Origin: Alphaproteobacteria bacterium
GTDB lineage: Bacteria; Pseudomonadota; Alphaproteobacteria; Bin95
Direction of reading: 5' to 3'
DNA: 64,000 nt
Assembly (NCBI GenBank): GCA_965205265.1
Contig: CBDBGH010000003.1
Coordinates: 1,984,001 to 2,048,000, forward strand
The notes under the pieces are model-generated. The model did not search any database and was not told the origin of the DNA. It saw only the letters and a program-made list of their open reading frames with translations. A program made the translations under genes and the position numbers. Position 1 is the first letter of the stretch. Every line of letters begins with the position of its first letter. Positions 35,146 to 46,157 of the stretch are shown here, piece by piece.

Positions 35146-36597
35146 TCAGTAGCCCGGCGGGGGCCGGAAGCCGCCGAAATGGCGTTCGATCAGCCGCGCG
35201 GTGTGGATGCAGGCCCGGTCGCCGAGATAGGGGCCGACGATCTGGATGCCGCCGGGCAGGCCGTCGCGCGCAATCCCCGCCGGCGCCACGGCGCCCGGCA
35301 GGTAGCACACACCGTTGAAGCCCGCCCAGAACAGCTGGTCGGTCGTCGCCACCTCGCGATTGTTCACCCGGACCGTGCGCTGGTAGCGCTCGCCCTCATG
35401 GTCGTGCGGAAAGGCGGTGGAGGCCGCGACGGGGCAGAGCAGCACGTCCCAGTCCCGGAAGAAGCGGTGCCAGGCCCAGCGGAAATGCTCGCGCTGCTCC
35501 CGGAGCGCCAGCCACTCCCGGTGCCTCATCGTGTTGCCGCGCGCCATGCGGGCGTAGTAGCTCGGGTCGTCTGCGCCGAGCCGCTCCATGGCTTCCTCAT
35601 GCTCGCGCAGCACGGCTTCCGGCTGGCGGGCGCTGGTCGCGGCCCGCAGCAGCAGGACGTAGTTCTCGTGGAGCGCCGCCATGTCGATCTCGGGCCGCGC
35701 CGCGTCGCTGACGACCGCTCCCGTCGCAGCGATGCGGTCCACAAGGTCCTGCAGCAGGTCGCCATAAACCGTATCGACCTCGGACGGCTCGGAGTCCAGC
35801 ATGACGGCGACGCGCAGGCCTTCGAAGCCGGGAACGCGGGGGCCCGGCAGGTCGAGCTTGTAACCCGCCGCCTCCATTTCGTCGGGACCCGCCATGGCGT
35901 CCAGCGCGGCTTCCAGGTCGTCCGCCGAGCGCGCCAGCGGCCCGACCACGGAAATGTCCGACTGCGCCAGCACGCCCGGCAGAGCGTGGCCGCGCGGCGG
36001 GCAGAGGCCCCAGCTCGGCTTGTGGCCGAACACGCCGCAATAATGCGCCGGATTGCGGATCGAGGCGCCGATGTCGCTGCCGGCGTCGATGCCGGTCATG
36101 CCGGCCGCGAGCGCCGCGCCGGAGCCGCCCGAGGAGCCGCCCGGCGTCCTGCCCAGATCCCAGGGATTGTTGGTGACGCCGTAAATGTCGTTGTAGCTCT
36201 GCCAGTCGGCCAGCATCAGCGGCACGTTGGTCTTGCCGAACAGGTTGACGCCGGCGGCCTTCAGCCGCTGCACCGATACACAGTCCGTCCCGGCGATATT
36301 GTCGCGAAACTCGGGGTCGCCCCAGGTCGTCGGCGAGCCCGCCAGGTCGTAACTCTCCTTGATCGTCATCGGCACGCCGTGAAGCGGCGGCAGGTCCCCG
36401 CCGCGGGCGGTCGCGCTGTCGGCGGCCCGCGCCGTCTCGCGCGCCGTCTCGCGGTCCTGCCAGATGACTGCGTTGAGGGCCGGGTTGTGCCTGTCGATGC
36501 GCTCGAAATACAGGTCCAGTAATTCCTCCGCCCCGATCTCCCGCGTGCGAATCATGGCGGCCAGCTCGGTTGCGGATTTGAACGCGGTCTCGGTCAT
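35146..36597 (-). CDS. Amidase (amidase-signature family)
   Basis: HGVPMTIKE, GKTNVP, GGSSGGS, GSDIGASIRNPA. Confidence 0.95.
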   Translation of the reverse strand: MTETAFKSATELAAMIRTREIGAEELLDLYFERIDRHNPALNAVIWQDRETARETARAADSATARGGDLPPLHGVPMTIKESYDLAGSPTTWGDPEFRDNIAGTDCVSVQRLKAAGVNLFGKTNVPLMLADWQSYNDIYGVTNNPWDLGRTPGGSSGGSGAALAAGMTGIDAGSDIGASIRNPAHYCGVFGHKPSWGLCPPRGHALPGVLAQSDISVVGPLARSADDLEAALDAMAGPDEMEAAGYKLDLPGPRVPGFEGLRVAVMLDSEPSEVDTVYGDLLQDLVDRIAATGAVVSDAARPEIDMAALHENYVLLLRAATSARQPEAVLREHEEAMERLGADDPSYYARMARGNTMRHREWLALREQREHFRWAWHRFFRDWDVLLCPVAASTAFPHDHEGERYQRTVRVNNREVATTDQLFWAGFNGVCYLPGAVAPAGIARDGLPGGIQIVGPYLGDRACIHTARLIERHFGGFRPPPGY

Positions 36598-36659
36598 GGC
36601 GGCTCTCCCCCTATTCTCCCGATGCGCTATATTGCACGAAGAACGACGGAGGCGCGGCA

Positions 36660-37529
36660 ATGGAATTCACACCGATCTCGGGCGCGTGCGGCGCGGAGGT
36701 CTCCGGCATCGACCTGGAGCGCGACCTGACGCCGGAGCGCATCGAGGCCCTGACGGCCGGACTCGGCGAATACGGCGTGCTGGTCTTTCGCGGGCAGACG
36801 CTCTCGCCGGAAGGCCACCTTGCGATGGGCGAGGCGTTCGGCGGCGTCAACATCAACCGCTTCTTCAAGGCGGTGGACGGCTGGCCGGGTATCGCCGAGG
36901 TGCGCAAGGAGCCCGAGCAGAAGGCGAATATCGGCGGCGAGTGGCACACCGACCATACCTACGACATCGAGCCGGCGCTGGGCTCGATCCTGGTCGCGCG
37001 CGAATTGCCGCCCTTCGGCGGCGACACGCAATTCTCCAGCATGTATGCCGCCTGGGACGCGCTCTCGGACGGGCTGAAGGCGATGCTCTCGGGCATGAAG
37101 GCCGTGCATTCGAGCCGCCATGTCTTCGGGACGGACGCCAGCTATGTGAGGGACGGCAGCGATATCGGGAACCGGCTCGGCAACAGGGAGGCCGCGACGC
37201 AGGACGCCGTGCATCCGGTCGTCATCCGCCATCCGGTGAGCGGCCGGCCGTCGCTTTATGTGAACCGCGGCTTCACGGTGCGGTTCGACGGATGGACGGT
37301 CGAAGAGAGCCGCCCGCTGCTGCAGACGCTCTACGAGCACGGGAGCCGGCCCGAATTCACCTGCCGGGTGCGGTTCGAGCCGGGCACGGTGGTCTTCTGG
37401 GACAACCGCGCCACCTGGCATTGCGCGCTCAACGACTATGCCGGCCACCGTCGCCTGATGCACCGCGTCACGGTGGAAGGCGCGCCGCTGCCGGCCTGGC
37501 GGCCCGAGGCGGAGCGCGCCGCCGCCTGA
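36660..37529 (+). CDS. TauD/TfdA Fe(II)/2-oxoglutarate dioxygenase
   Basis: WHTD, GGDT.F, HPVV..HP.SGR, WDNRATWH...RLMHR. Confidence 0.95.
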   Translation: MEFTPISGACGAEVSGIDLERDLTPERIEALTAGLGEYGVLVFRGQTLSPEGHLAMGEAFGGVNINRFFKAVDGWPGIAEVRKEPEQKANIGGEWHTDHTYDIEPALGSILVARELPPFGGDTQFSSMYAAWDALSDGLKAMLSGMKAVHSSRHVFGTDASYVRDGSDIGNRLGNREAATQDAVHPVVIRHPVSGRPSLYVNRGFTVRFDGWTVEESRPLLQTLYEHGSRPEFTCRVRFEPGTVVFWDNRATWHCALNDYAGHRRLMHRVTVEGAPLPAWRPEAERAAA

Positions 37530-37545
37530 CCCGCCCAAGCCCTGC

Positions 37546-38862
37546 TCAGCCGTAGAACAGCCGCGGCAGGGCGAGCGAAAGCGCGGGAAAGGCGACCAGG
37601 AGCGCGAGGCGCCCGATATCGGCGCACCAGAACGGCGTCACGCCCTTGAACACCGTGCTGGTCCTGACGTCCTTGAGCACGCCCGAGAGCACGAAGACAT
37701 TGAGGCCGACCGGCGGCGTTATCAGGCTGATTTCGGTGACCACGACGGCAATGATGCCGAACCAGACCAGAATTGCCTCCTCGCCCAGCCCCGCATAGCC
37801 GAGCCCCTGCACGACCGGAAAGAAGATCGGGATCGTCAGCAGCAGCATCGACAGGCTCTCGAAGACGCAGCCGAGCACGAGATAGATTGCAAGGATGATC
37901 GCGATTACCGCGAGCGGCGGCAGGTCGTATCCCGCAACCAGCGAGAGCAGGCCGTCCGGCAGCCCGCCCCGGTTGACGAAGTTCGAGAAGATCAGCGCGC
38001 CGATCAGCACGGTGAACAGCATCGCCGTGGTGCGCGCGCTGTCGGTCAGCACTTCCAGCAGAGAGCGCCAGGTGAGCGCACCCCGGGCGAGCGCGATGAG
38101 GAAAGCGCCGCCGGCCCCGATGCCGGCGGCCTCCGTCGGGGTGAACAGCCCGCCGTAGATCCCGCCCATCACCAGCACGAACAGCAGCAGCGTGCCCCAG
38201 ACGCCGCCGAGCGCGGCCAGGCGTTCCCGCCACGGGGTGCGCTCCGCCCTCGGCCCCTCCTCGGGGCGCCGCCAGACAACCCATTGCACGGCGCCGAGAT
38301 AGAACAGCACTCCTATGAGGCCGGGAATGAAGCCAGCGGCGAACAGTTCGCGGATGCTGGTCTCCGTCATCAGCCCGTAGAGCACGAGAATGACGCTGGG
38401 CGGGATCAGGATGCCGAGCGTGCCCCCGGCGGCGATCGAGGCCGAGGCGAGGCTGTCCGAATATCCGTAGCGGCGCATCGGCGGCATGGCCACCCTGGAC
38501 ATCGTCGCCGCCGTCGCGAGGCTCGAGCCGCAGATCGCCGAGAAGCCGCCGCAGGCGACGATCGTCGCCATCGACAGCCCGCCCCGCCTGTGGCCGAGAA
38601 AGGCGTGGGAGGCGGAATAGAGTTCGCCGGACAGGCCGGCCCGGGAGACGAAGTTGCCCATCAGGATGAACAGCGGCACCACCGACAGGCCGTAGGAAAG
38701 GGCCGTTTCGGAGACCAGCGTGCCGACCATCGAGAGCGACGGCTTCCATCCCGTCAGATAGCCGAAGCCGGCGAAGCCCACGAGGCCCATCGCGAATGCG
38801 ATCGGCATCCTGACGAATACCAGGACGAGAAGTGCTGCAAAGCCGATGAAAACGACGTCCAT
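37546..38862 (-). CDS. TRAP transporter large permease (DctM)
   Basis: VPLFILMG, CGSSLATAA, GGTLGILIPPS, FTPTEAA, ITPPVGLNVF. Confidence 0.95.
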   Translation of the reverse strand: MDVVFIGFAALLVLVFVRMPIAFAMGLVGFAGFGYLTGWKPSLSMVGTLVSETALSYGLSVVPLFILMGNFVSRAGLSGELYSASHAFLGHRRGGLSMATIVACGGFSAICGSSLATAATMSRVAMPPMRRYGYSDSLASASIAAGGTLGILIPPSVILVLYGLMTETSIRELFAAGFIPGLIGVLFYLGAVQWVVWRRPEEGPRAERTPWRERLAALGGVWGTLLLFVLVMGGIYGGLFTPTEAAGIGAGGAFLIALARGALTWRSLLEVLTDSARTTAMLFTVLIGALIFSNFVNRGGLPDGLLSLVAGYDLPPLAVIAIILAIYLVLGCVFESLSMLLLTIPIFFPVVQGLGYAGLGEEAILVWFGIIAVVVTEISLITPPVGLNVFVLSGVLKDVRTSTVFKGVTPFWCADIGRLALLVAFPALSLALPRLFYG

Positions 38863-38883
38863 GGTCCCCGAACCGTTATCCGG

Positions 38884-39441
38884 TCAGGCGGTTCCGCGAT
38901 CGCCCGGCGCATCCTTCGCGGGGGCCGTCGAAAGCGCCGCCCGCGCGTGGCGGACGGTATTGGCAACGAACGCCGCCGCGCCGCAGGCGCTGAGCGCGGC
39001 GATGAAGTAGTTGATCGGCGCCAGCCTGATTTCGAGGAATTCGGTCGCGTCTCCGTAGTCGGCAGTCAGGCCGGCGATGATCCAGACCCGCCAGGCCACG
39101 AAGCCGAGCGCGACCGCCATGACCGCGTTCAGAACCGCCTGGCGCAGCGGGACCAGCCGTTCGGGGTACCAGAGATCGAGGAGATCGACGGAGACATGCT
39201 CTTCGCGAAGACAGACCGAGGGAAGAATTGCGAACACGATGACGCCCAGCATAAGCTGCGTCAGCTCGGTCGCGCCGTCCAGAGGGGTCCCGAAGAGTTC
39301 GCGTCCGATGACGTCGACGCAGGTCATCACCATCAACGCGAACAACACGAGCGCGGACGCCCCTTCCGGAAGGGCGATCGGCCACCCGCCGCGGCGCGGT
39401 CCGGAAGGGGTCGTCTCTTCGGGTCGATCGGACTCGTTCAC
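38884..39441 (-). CDS. TRAP transporter small permease (DctQ)
   Basis: DVIGR.LF..PL.GA.EL, EHVSVDL, four TM segments; GTG overlaps upstream stop. Confidence 0.9.
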   Translation of the reverse strand: MNESDRPEETTPSGPRRGGWPIALPEGASALVLFALMVMTCVDVIGRELFGTPLDGATELTQLMLGVIVFAILPSVCLREEHVSVDLLDLWYPERLVPLRQAVLNAVMAVALGFVAWRVWIIAGLTADYGDATEFLEIRLAPINYFIAALSACGAAAFVANTVRHARAALSTAPAKDAPGDRGTA

Positions 39442-40457
39442 CTGGCCTTGTCGTATTCGCGGGCGATCCGGCGGAGGTCTTCGAGCGCGGCCCGGGCGTC
39501 GTAGCCGTCCTTGCTGGCACGCTCGATCCAGGCTTCCTCCACCGGCTTCATAAGGGCGAGATATTCCTCCTTCATGGCCGGGCTCGCCTCCTGGATTGCG
39601 GTTCCCGCTTCCTTCGCCGCCGCCAGGCCGGCCTTGTCGGCAGCATCCCACTGAGTGCCGGCGAACTGCGACAGCTTGAGGCCCGATACGCTCATCACCG
39701 CCTTCCGGTCGGCCTCCGACATCCCGTCCAGCGCGGCCGGGTTCATGATGAGCGCGAAGCTGCCGTAATAGAGCCCGCCCGGCATGACGGTCACATGCGG
39801 GACGACCTCTTTCAGGCGGAAGGATTTCTGGGTCTCTATCGGCATGAAGATGCCGTCCGCGACGCCGGACGACAAAGCCTCGTAGACCTTGGGAGCGGGC
39901 AGTTTCACCGCGGTGACGCCAAGCGCCTTGCCGGCCAGGCTGCCGACGCCGCCGGGCACCCGGATCTTCATGCCCTCGAGGTCCGAAAGCGCCGTCAGGG
40001 GCTTCTTCGTCTGAATGACCGCCGGACCGTGCGACATCAGCCCGATCAGCACGGTGCCGCGGTGTTCGTTGGCCTTGTGGAGGTATTTCTCGTGCACCTT
40101 CCAGTAGGCGACGCTGGCGGCCTCGGCGCTGGTGCCGAGGTTCGGCATCTCGACCACCTGCGAGGCCACATAGCGCGTATTGTAGCCGTGGAAGATCCAG
40201 GCGGCATCCGCAATGCCGTCGCGCACAAGGGCGAACTGGTTCAGCGGCGACGCCAGCTTGTATTCGATTTTGGTTGTCACCCGGCCCTCGGTCGCTTCGC
40301 TGACCCATTTCCCCCATGTCGGCCATACGACAGCGTTGATGGGATGGGTCGGCGGGGCCCAGCTCGAAATCCTGAGGACCGTTTCGGCCCCCGACGGCGC
40401 CGCTGCCAGGGCCCCTGCGAGGCAGGCGGTCAGCAAGGTCGCAATACGTTTCAGCAT
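39438..40457 (-). CDS. TRAP substrate-binding protein (DctP)
   Basis: Signal peptide, DLEGMKIRVPGG, VYEALSSGVADG. Confidence 0.93.
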   Translation of the reverse strand: MLKRIATLLTACLAGALAAAPSGAETVLRISSWAPPTHPINAVVWPTWGKWVSEATEGRVTTKIEYKLASPLNQFALVRDGIADAAWIFHGYNTRYVASQVVEMPNLGTSAEAASVAYWKVHEKYLHKANEHRGTVLIGLMSHGPAVIQTKKPLTALSDLEGMKIRVPGGVGSLAGKALGVTAVKLPAPKVYEALSSGVADGIFMPIETQKSFRLKEVVPHVTVMPGGLYYGSFALIMNPAALDGMSEADRKAVMSVSGLKLSQFAGTQWDAADKAGLAAAKEAGTAIQEASPAMKEEYLALMKPVEEAWIERASKDGYDARAALEDLRRIAREYDKAR

Positions 40458-40566
40458 GGTGGTCTCCCTTTTCGTCAGCCGCGGGCGCGTGGGACGGGAG
40501 CGCACGGCGTTCGACTGGCGAAACCCTAACCCGGATTTCCCCCGAAGGTCACGGTCTGTATCCGGC

Positions 40567-41400
40567 TCAGTCCCAGGCGGCCAGCGGCGGAAGCGACATC
40601 AGGATGGCGTCGATATTGCCGCCGGTCATCAGGCCGAAGCGGGTGCCCCGGTCATGGAGCAGGTTGAACTCCACATAGCGCCCGCGCCGGCGGAGCTGGT
40701 GCATGCGGTCGGCCTCCGTCCAGGGCTCGTCCATCCGCATGCCCACGATCCGGGGATAAACCTCCAGCACCGCGCGCCCGACATCCTGCACGAAGGCGAA
40801 GTCCGCCTCCCAGTCGCCGCTCGCCAGATTGTCGAAGAAGATGCCGCCGAGCCCGCGCGGCTCGCCCCGGTGCGGCAGGTGGAAATACTCGTCGCACCAG
40901 GCCTTGAAGCGGGGATAGTAGCCCGCGTCGCGGCGGTTGCAGGCGTCTTCGAGCGCGGCGTGGAAGGCGCGCCCCTCCTCGGCCGCGCGCTCCGGGAACA
41001 TCGGTGTGAGGTCCGCCCCGCCGCCGAACCAGGCCCGGGTCGTTTCGATATAACGGGTGTTCATGTGCATGGCCGGCACGAAGGGCGAGGCCATATGCGC
41101 GACCAGCGAGATGCCGGAAGCCCAGAAGCGCGGATCTTCCTCCGCGCCCGGTATCTGCGCCCGGAACTCTTCCGAGAAGGCGCCGTGCACGGTCGAGACA
41201 TTGACGCCGACCTTCTCGAACACCTCGCCCTTCATCACGGACATGACGCCGCCGCCGCCGCCCGGCCGCTCCCAGCTTCGGCGTTCGAATCGCGCGCCGC
41301 CCGGCTCCAGCGCCTCGAAGGCGGCGCAGAAACCGTCGCGCAACTCCTCGAACCAGAGCCGCGCCCTTGTCCGGCGCGTCGCGGATGCGTCCGTCACCAT
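40567..41400 (-). CDS. hemF: Oxygen-dependent coproporphyrinogen III oxidase
   Basis: [52 protein letters not shown]. Confidence 0.96.
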   Translation of the reverse strand: MVTDASATRRTRARLWFEELRDGFCAAFEALEPGGARFERRSWERPGGGGGVMSVMKGEVFEKVGVNVSTVHGAFSEEFRAQIPGAEEDPRFWASGISLVAHMASPFVPAMHMNTRYIETTRAWFGGGADLTPMFPERAAEEGRAFHAALEDACNRRDAGYYPRFKAWCDEYFHLPHRGEPRGLGGIFFDNLASGDWEADFAFVQDVGRAVLEVYPRIVGMRMDEPWTEADRMHQLRRRGRYVEFNLLHDRGTRFGLMTGGNIDAILMSLPPLAAWD

Positions 41401-41485
41401 CGGCTTTCCCTGCGGCGGAACCTGCCTGCAATGTGGGGCATATCCGCCTGCAAATGAACGATTGTGCGCCCGCAAGGGCATTTAC

Positions 41486-41500
41486 GCGGCATCGGGTCGC
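41486..41500. promoter_or_regulatory. Putative RegA/RegR/PrrA box between hemF and petA
   Basis: GCGGC-atcgg-GTCGC matches GCGGC-N5-GTCGC; GC-rich motif, so a chance match is possible. Confidence 0.45.
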
Positions 41501-41586
41501 ATAGCGGCGCGGGGGCCGCAAGACATACTCGAATGGGCTATGCGGCGAGCGCCCGCTGTCCATAGGCGCGGGGAGTTTTTTTGGAC

Positions 41587-42132
41587 ATGGCGGCAACGGC
41601 GGACGGGGCGGGCGGCGACGGCGTCACGCGCCGCGACTTTCTGGAATATGCGGCGGGCGGCATGGGCGCTGTTGGCGCAGCCGCGACCGCCTGGGCGTTT
41701 ATCGACAACATGAACCCCGCGGCCGACGTGCTTGCGCTCTCGACCACCGAGGTCGATCTGGAACCCATCGAGCCGGGACAGTCGATCACCGTCGTCTGGC
41801 AGAAGAAGCCGGTGTTCGTGCGCCGGCGCACCGAAGCCGAAATCCGCGAAGCCGAAGATACCCCGCTGGACGCGCTGCCGGACCCGATGGCCGATGCTGA
41901 CAGGGTCCAGAAGGCGGAATGGCTGATCCTGGTGGGCGTGTGCACCCATCTCGGCTGCATTCCGCTCGGGCAGAAGGACACCGATGAGAAGGGCGAATAC
42001 GGAGGCTGGTTCTGCCCCTGCCACGGCTCGCACTACGACACCTCAGGGCGCATCCGCAAGGGGCCGGCGCCGGAGAACCTGCCCGTGCCGCCATACCAAT
42101 TCCTCGACGACACCCGCATCCTGATCGGTTGA
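41587..42132 (+). CDS. petA: Ubiquinol-cytochrome c reductase Rieske subunit
   Basis: Tat motif TRRDFL, CTHLGC, CPCHGS. Confidence 0.97.
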   Translation: MAATADGAGGDGVTRRDFLEYAAGGMGAVGAAATAWAFIDNMNPAADVLALSTTEVDLEPIEPGQSITVVWQKKPVFVRRRTEAEIREAEDTPLDALPDPMADADRVQKAEWLILVGVCTHLGCIPLGQKDTDEKGEYGGWFCPCHGSHYDTSGRIRKGPAPENLPVPPYQFLDDTRILIG

Positions 42133-42137
42133 GTTCG

Positions 42138-43400
42138 ATGGCTGCGCCCAAATTCGACAATCCCATCGTCCGCTGGATCGACTACCGGCTGCCGGTCTTC
42201 ACCTTCCTGCATCACGAGATGCATGAATACCCGACGCCGAAGAACCTCAACTACTGGTGGAATTTCGGCTCGCTCGCCGGCTTCATGCTGATCGTGATGA
42301 TCGTCACCGGCATCATGCTGGCAATGCACTACACGCCGCATGTGGACCATGCGTTCGACAGCGTGGAGCGCATCCACCGGGACGTGCCCTTCGGGTGGCT
42401 GATCCAGTTCATCCACATGAACGGCGCGTCGTTCTTCTTCATCCTCGTTTATATCCACATCTTCCGCGGGCTCTATTACGGCTCCTACAAGTCGCCGCGG
42501 GAAATCCTGTGGATCCTCGGCGTCGTGATCCTGCTGCTGATGATGGCGACAGCCTTCATGGGCTATGTGCTGCCCTGGGGCCAGATGAGCTTCTGGGGTG
42601 CCACGGTCATCACCAACCTGTTCTCGGCGATCCCGCTGGTCGGGGACGCGATCGTGAGCTGGCTGTGGGGCGGCTTCGCCGTGGACAACCCGACCCTCAA
42701 CCGCTTCTACTCGCTGCACTACCTGCTGCCGTTCGTCATCGTCGGCGTCGTCGTGCTGCATGTGGTGGCGCTGCACACGCACGGCTCCAACAACCCGCTC
42801 GGCATCGAGGCCCGCGGCAAGCAGGACAGCATCCCCTTCCACCCCTATTACACGATCAAGGACATGTTCGGCCTGGGCGCGTTCCTGACGATCTTCTGCC
42901 TGTTCGTGTTCTTCGCGCCGGACTATCTGGGCCACCCGGACAACTATGTGCCGGCGAACCCGCTGGTGACGCCGGCGCATATCGTGCCGGAATGGTATTT
43001 CCTGCCCTTCTACGCGATCCTGCGCGCGATCCCCGACAAGCTGCTCGGCGTCGTCGCCATGTTCGCGGCCATCGCCGTGCTCTTCATCCTGCCCTGGCTC
43101 GACCGCTCGCCGGTGCGCAGCGCCCGCTTCCGCCCGATCTACAAGCAGGTCTTCTGGCTGCTGGTGATCGACTGCCTTGTGCTCGGCTATATCGGGTCGC
43201 AGCCGGCCGAGGGCTGGTACATCCATATCGGGCGCCTCGCGACGATCTACTATTTCGCCCACTTCTTCGTGATCCTGCCGCTGCTCTCCGTGTTCGAACG
43301 GCCGCGGCCCCTGCCGCTCAGCATCGGCGAGCCGGTGCTCGGCGGAGGCGCACCGCCGCCCCAGGGGGCAGGCGGAACCGGCGCGATGGAGAGAGCGTGA
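42138..43400 (+). CDS. petB: Cytochrome b
   Basis: [34 protein letters not shown]. Confidence 0.98.
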   Translation: MAAPKFDNPIVRWIDYRLPVFTFLHHEMHEYPTPKNLNYWWNFGSLAGFMLIVMIVTGIMLAMHYTPHVDHAFDSVERIHRDVPFGWLIQFIHMNGASFFFILVYIHIFRGLYYGSYKSPREILWILGVVILLLMMATAFMGYVLPWGQMSFWGATVITNLFSAIPLVGDAIVSWLWGGFAVDNPTLNRFYSLHYLLPFVIVGVVVLHVVALHTHGSNNPLGIEARGKQDSIPFHPYYTIKDMFGLGAFLTIFCLFVFFAPDYLGHPDNYVPANPLVTPAHIVPEWYFLPFYAILRAIPDKLLGVVAMFAAIAVLFILPWLDRSPVRSARFRPIYKQVFWLLVIDCLVLGYIGSQPAEGWYIHIGRLATIYYFAHFFVILPLLSVFERPRPLPLSIGEPVLGGGAPPPQGAGGTGAMERA

Positions 43401-44170
43401 TGCGCAACCGTCTTCTCGGCGCCGCGCTGGCCGCCGCTCTCGGTCTCGCCGTCCTGCCCGGCGCCGCTTCGGCCGCCGGGGCAGGTCCGACGCCGCCGGA
43501 GCGGGAGTGGAGCTTCCACGGCATTTTCGGCACCTTCGACCGGGCGGCCCTCCAGCGCGGCTACCAGGTCTATCGCGAGGTCTGCTCCGCCTGCCACGGC
43601 ATGCGGTTGATGTTCTACCGCAACCTCACGCAGATCGGCATGTCCGAAGCCGCGGCCAGGGCCGAGGCGGCGAACGCCTTCGTCGTGGACGGGCCGGACG
43701 ACGAAGGCGAGATGTTCGAGCGCCCCGGCAAGCTTTCGGACCGCTTCGTCTCGCCCTTCCCGAACGACAATGCCGCCAAGGCCGCAAACGGCGGCGCCCT
43801 GCCGCCGGACCTCAGCCTGATCGCCAAGAACCAGGCCGCCGGGCCGGACTATATCGCCGCCGTGCTGACCGGCTATGCCGACCCGCCGGAAGGCATGGAG
43901 ATGGGCGACAACCAGAACTACAACATGTACTTCTCCGGCCACCGGATCGCGATGGCGCCGCCGCTCTCCGACGAGCTGGTCGAATATGCGGACGGCACGC
44001 CCGCCACGGTCGAGCAGATGGCCGTCGATGTCTCGCATTTCCTCATGTTCGCCGCCGAGCCGCAGCTTGAGGACCGCCACCGGCTGGGCGTCAAGGTCAT
44101 CATCTTCCTGCTGGTGCTGACCGGCCTCCTCTATGCCCTGAAGCGCAAGGTCTGGAGCGGCGTGCATTGA
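43400..44170 (+). CDS. petC: Cytochrome c1
   Basis: Signal peptide, QRGYQVY.EVCSACH, PPDLS, IAMAPPL, C-terminal TM helix. Confidence 0.97.
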   Translation: MRNRLLGAALAAALGLAVLPGAASAAGAGPTPPEREWSFHGIFGTFDRAALQRGYQVYREVCSACHGMRLMFYRNLTQIGMSEAAARAEAANAFVVDGPDDEGEMFERPGKLSDRFVSPFPNDNAAKAANGGALPPDLSLIAKNQAAGPDYIAAVLTGYADPPEGMEMGDNQNYNMYFSGHRIAMAPPLSDELVEYADGTPATVEQMAVDVSHFLMFAAEPQLEDRHRLGVKVIIFLLVLTGLLYALKRKVWSGVH

Positions 44171-45051
44171 CCGCGCCGCCCGTGATCGGGATCGTCGGGG
44201 GCAGCGGCCTCTACGATATCGACGGGCTGGACGACAGACGCTGGATCGCGGTCGGGAGTCCCTGGGGCCGGCCGTCCGACGAGATTCTCCATGCCCGGCT
44301 GGGCGAGGCCGAACTGCGCTTCCTGCCGCGCCACGGCCGCGGGCACCGGCTCGGCCCGACCGATCTGAATAACCGCGCCAATATCGACGCGCTCAAGCGG
44401 TCCGGCGCCACGGAGATCGTGTCGCTCTCGGCGGTGGGCTCGCTCAGGGAGGAGCACGCGCCCGGCGACTTCGTGCTGGTGGACCAGTTCATCGACCGCA
44501 CCTTCGCGCGCGCCAAGAGCTTCTTCGGCGCGGGCTGCGCGGCGCATGTCTCCATGGCGGACCCGGTATGCCCCCGCCTGGGCGATGTCCTGTCGGAAGC
44601 CGCCGCGAGCGCCGGGGTTTCGATGCACCGCGGCGGGACATATCTCGCCATGGAAGGCCCGCAATTCTCGACGCGCGCGGAAAGCGCCCTCTACCGCAGC
44701 TGGGGCTGCGCCGTCATCGGCATGACCGCCATGCCGGAGGCCAAGCTCGCGCGCGAGGCCGAGCTCTGCTACGCGACCGTCGCCATGGTCACCGACTACG
44801 ATTGCTGGCATGAGGAGCATGAGGATGTCTCCGTCGAGGCGGTCATCCGTGTGCTGCTCGACAATGCGGAGCGCGGCCGGGGCCTCGTCCGCCATGCCGC
44901 GCCGGCGCTGGCGAAGCGCCGCGGGGCCTGTTCCGCCGGCTGCCACACGGCGCTGGAGCATGCGCTGATTACCGCGCCGGAACAGCGCGATCCGGCGCTG
45001 CTGGCCAAGCTGGACGCCGTTGCGGGGCGGGTGCTAAACGGCGCTGCATGA
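44167..45051 (+). CDS. mtnP: S-methyl-5'-thioadenosine phosphorylase
   Basis: [48 protein letters not shown]. Confidence 0.95.
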   Translation: MTAPPVIGIVGGSGLYDIDGLDDRRWIAVGSPWGRPSDEILHARLGEAELRFLPRHGRGHRLGPTDLNNRANIDALKRSGATEIVSLSAVGSLREEHAPGDFVLVDQFIDRTFARAKSFFGAGCAAHVSMADPVCPRLGDVLSEAAASAGVSMHRGGTYLAMEGPQFSTRAESALYRSWGCAVIGMTAMPEAKLAREAELCYATVAMVTDYDCWHEEHEDVSVEAVIRVLLDNAERGRGLVRHAAPALAKRRGACSAGCHTALEHALITAPEQRDPALLAKLDAVAGRVLNGAA

Positions 45052-46142
45052 AGGTTGACGGCGCCTCCTATCGCAGCATCCGGGCGGAAGCGGACGGCCG
45101 CGCCGTGCGCATCATCGACCAGACGCGCCTGCCCCACCGTTTCGAGACCGTGCGGCTGGAATCGCTTGAGGACGCCGCCCATGCGATCCGCGCGATGCTG
45201 GTGCGCGGCGCGCCGCTGATCGGCGCGACCGGCGCCTACGGGCTCGCGCTCGGGCTCTTCCGCGACCCTTCCGACGCCGGTCTTGAGGAGGCCCGGCTGA
45301 CGCTGCGCGCCACCCGCCCGACCGGGGCGAACCTTGCCTGGGCGCTGGACGACGTGGCGGCGAAGGTGCGCCCCCTGCCGCCGGCCGAGCGCGCCGAAGC
45401 AGCTTTCCGGCGCGCGGGCGAAATCTGCGACGAGGATGTGGCCATCAACTACGCCATCGGCGAGCACGGGCTGGACCTCCTCCGCACAGCGGCCGCCGGC
45501 AAGCGGGACCGGCTGAATGTTCTGACCCACTGCAATGCCGGCTGGCTCGCCACGGTCGATTGGGGCACGGCGCTCGCGCCCATCTACCGCGCCCATGACG
45601 ACGGCATCGAGGTGCATGTCTGGGTGGACGAGACCCGGCCGCGCAACCAGGGCGCGCATCTGACCGCCTGGGAGCTCGGCCGGCACGGCGTGCCGCACAC
45701 GGTCATCGTGGACAATGCCGCCGGGCACCTGATGCAGCGCGGGCGGGTCGATCTCTGCATCGTCGGCACGGACCGCACGACGGCGACCGGCGATGTCTGC
45801 AACAAGATCGGCACCTACACCAAGGCGCTGGCCGCCCATGACAACGGCGTGCCGTTCCATGTCGCGCTGCCGGGCCCGACCATCGACTGGACGGTCTCGG
45901 ACGGCCTCGCCTCGATCCCGATAGAGGAGCGCGACGCCGCCGAGGTGAGCCAAGTCTGGGGCCGGACGGAGGAAGGCGGCCTTGCGGCCGTCGCCGTGAC
46001 GGCTCCGGGCTCGCCCGCCGCCAATTACGCCTTCGACGTGACGCCGGCGCGGCTCGTGACCGGTTTCATCACCGAACGCGGCCTCGCCGCCCCCGACGGC
46101 CTGGCGCAACTCTTCCCGGAACACCGCGCCGCCGCCGAATAG
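45048..46142 (+). CDS. mtnA: Methylthioribose-1-phosphate isomerase
   Basis: [46 protein letters not shown]. Confidence 0.96.
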   Translation: MKVDGASYRSIRAEADGRAVRIIDQTRLPHRFETVRLESLEDAAHAIRAMLVRGAPLIGATGAYGLALGLFRDPSDAGLEEARLTLRATRPTGANLAWALDDVAAKVRPLPPAERAEAAFRRAGEICDEDVAINYAIGEHGLDLLRTAAAGKRDRLNVLTHCNAGWLATVDWGTALAPIYRAHDDGIEVHVWVDETRPRNQGAHLTAWELGRHGVPHTVIVDNAAGHLMQRGRVDLCIVGTDRTTATGDVCNKIGTYTKALAAHDNGVPFHVALPGPTIDWTVSDGLASIPIEERDAAEVSQVWGRTEEGGLAAVAVTAPGSPAANYAFDVTPARLVTGFITERGLAAPDGLAQLFPEHRAAAE

Positions 46143-46157
46143 AAACGGACCCACCCC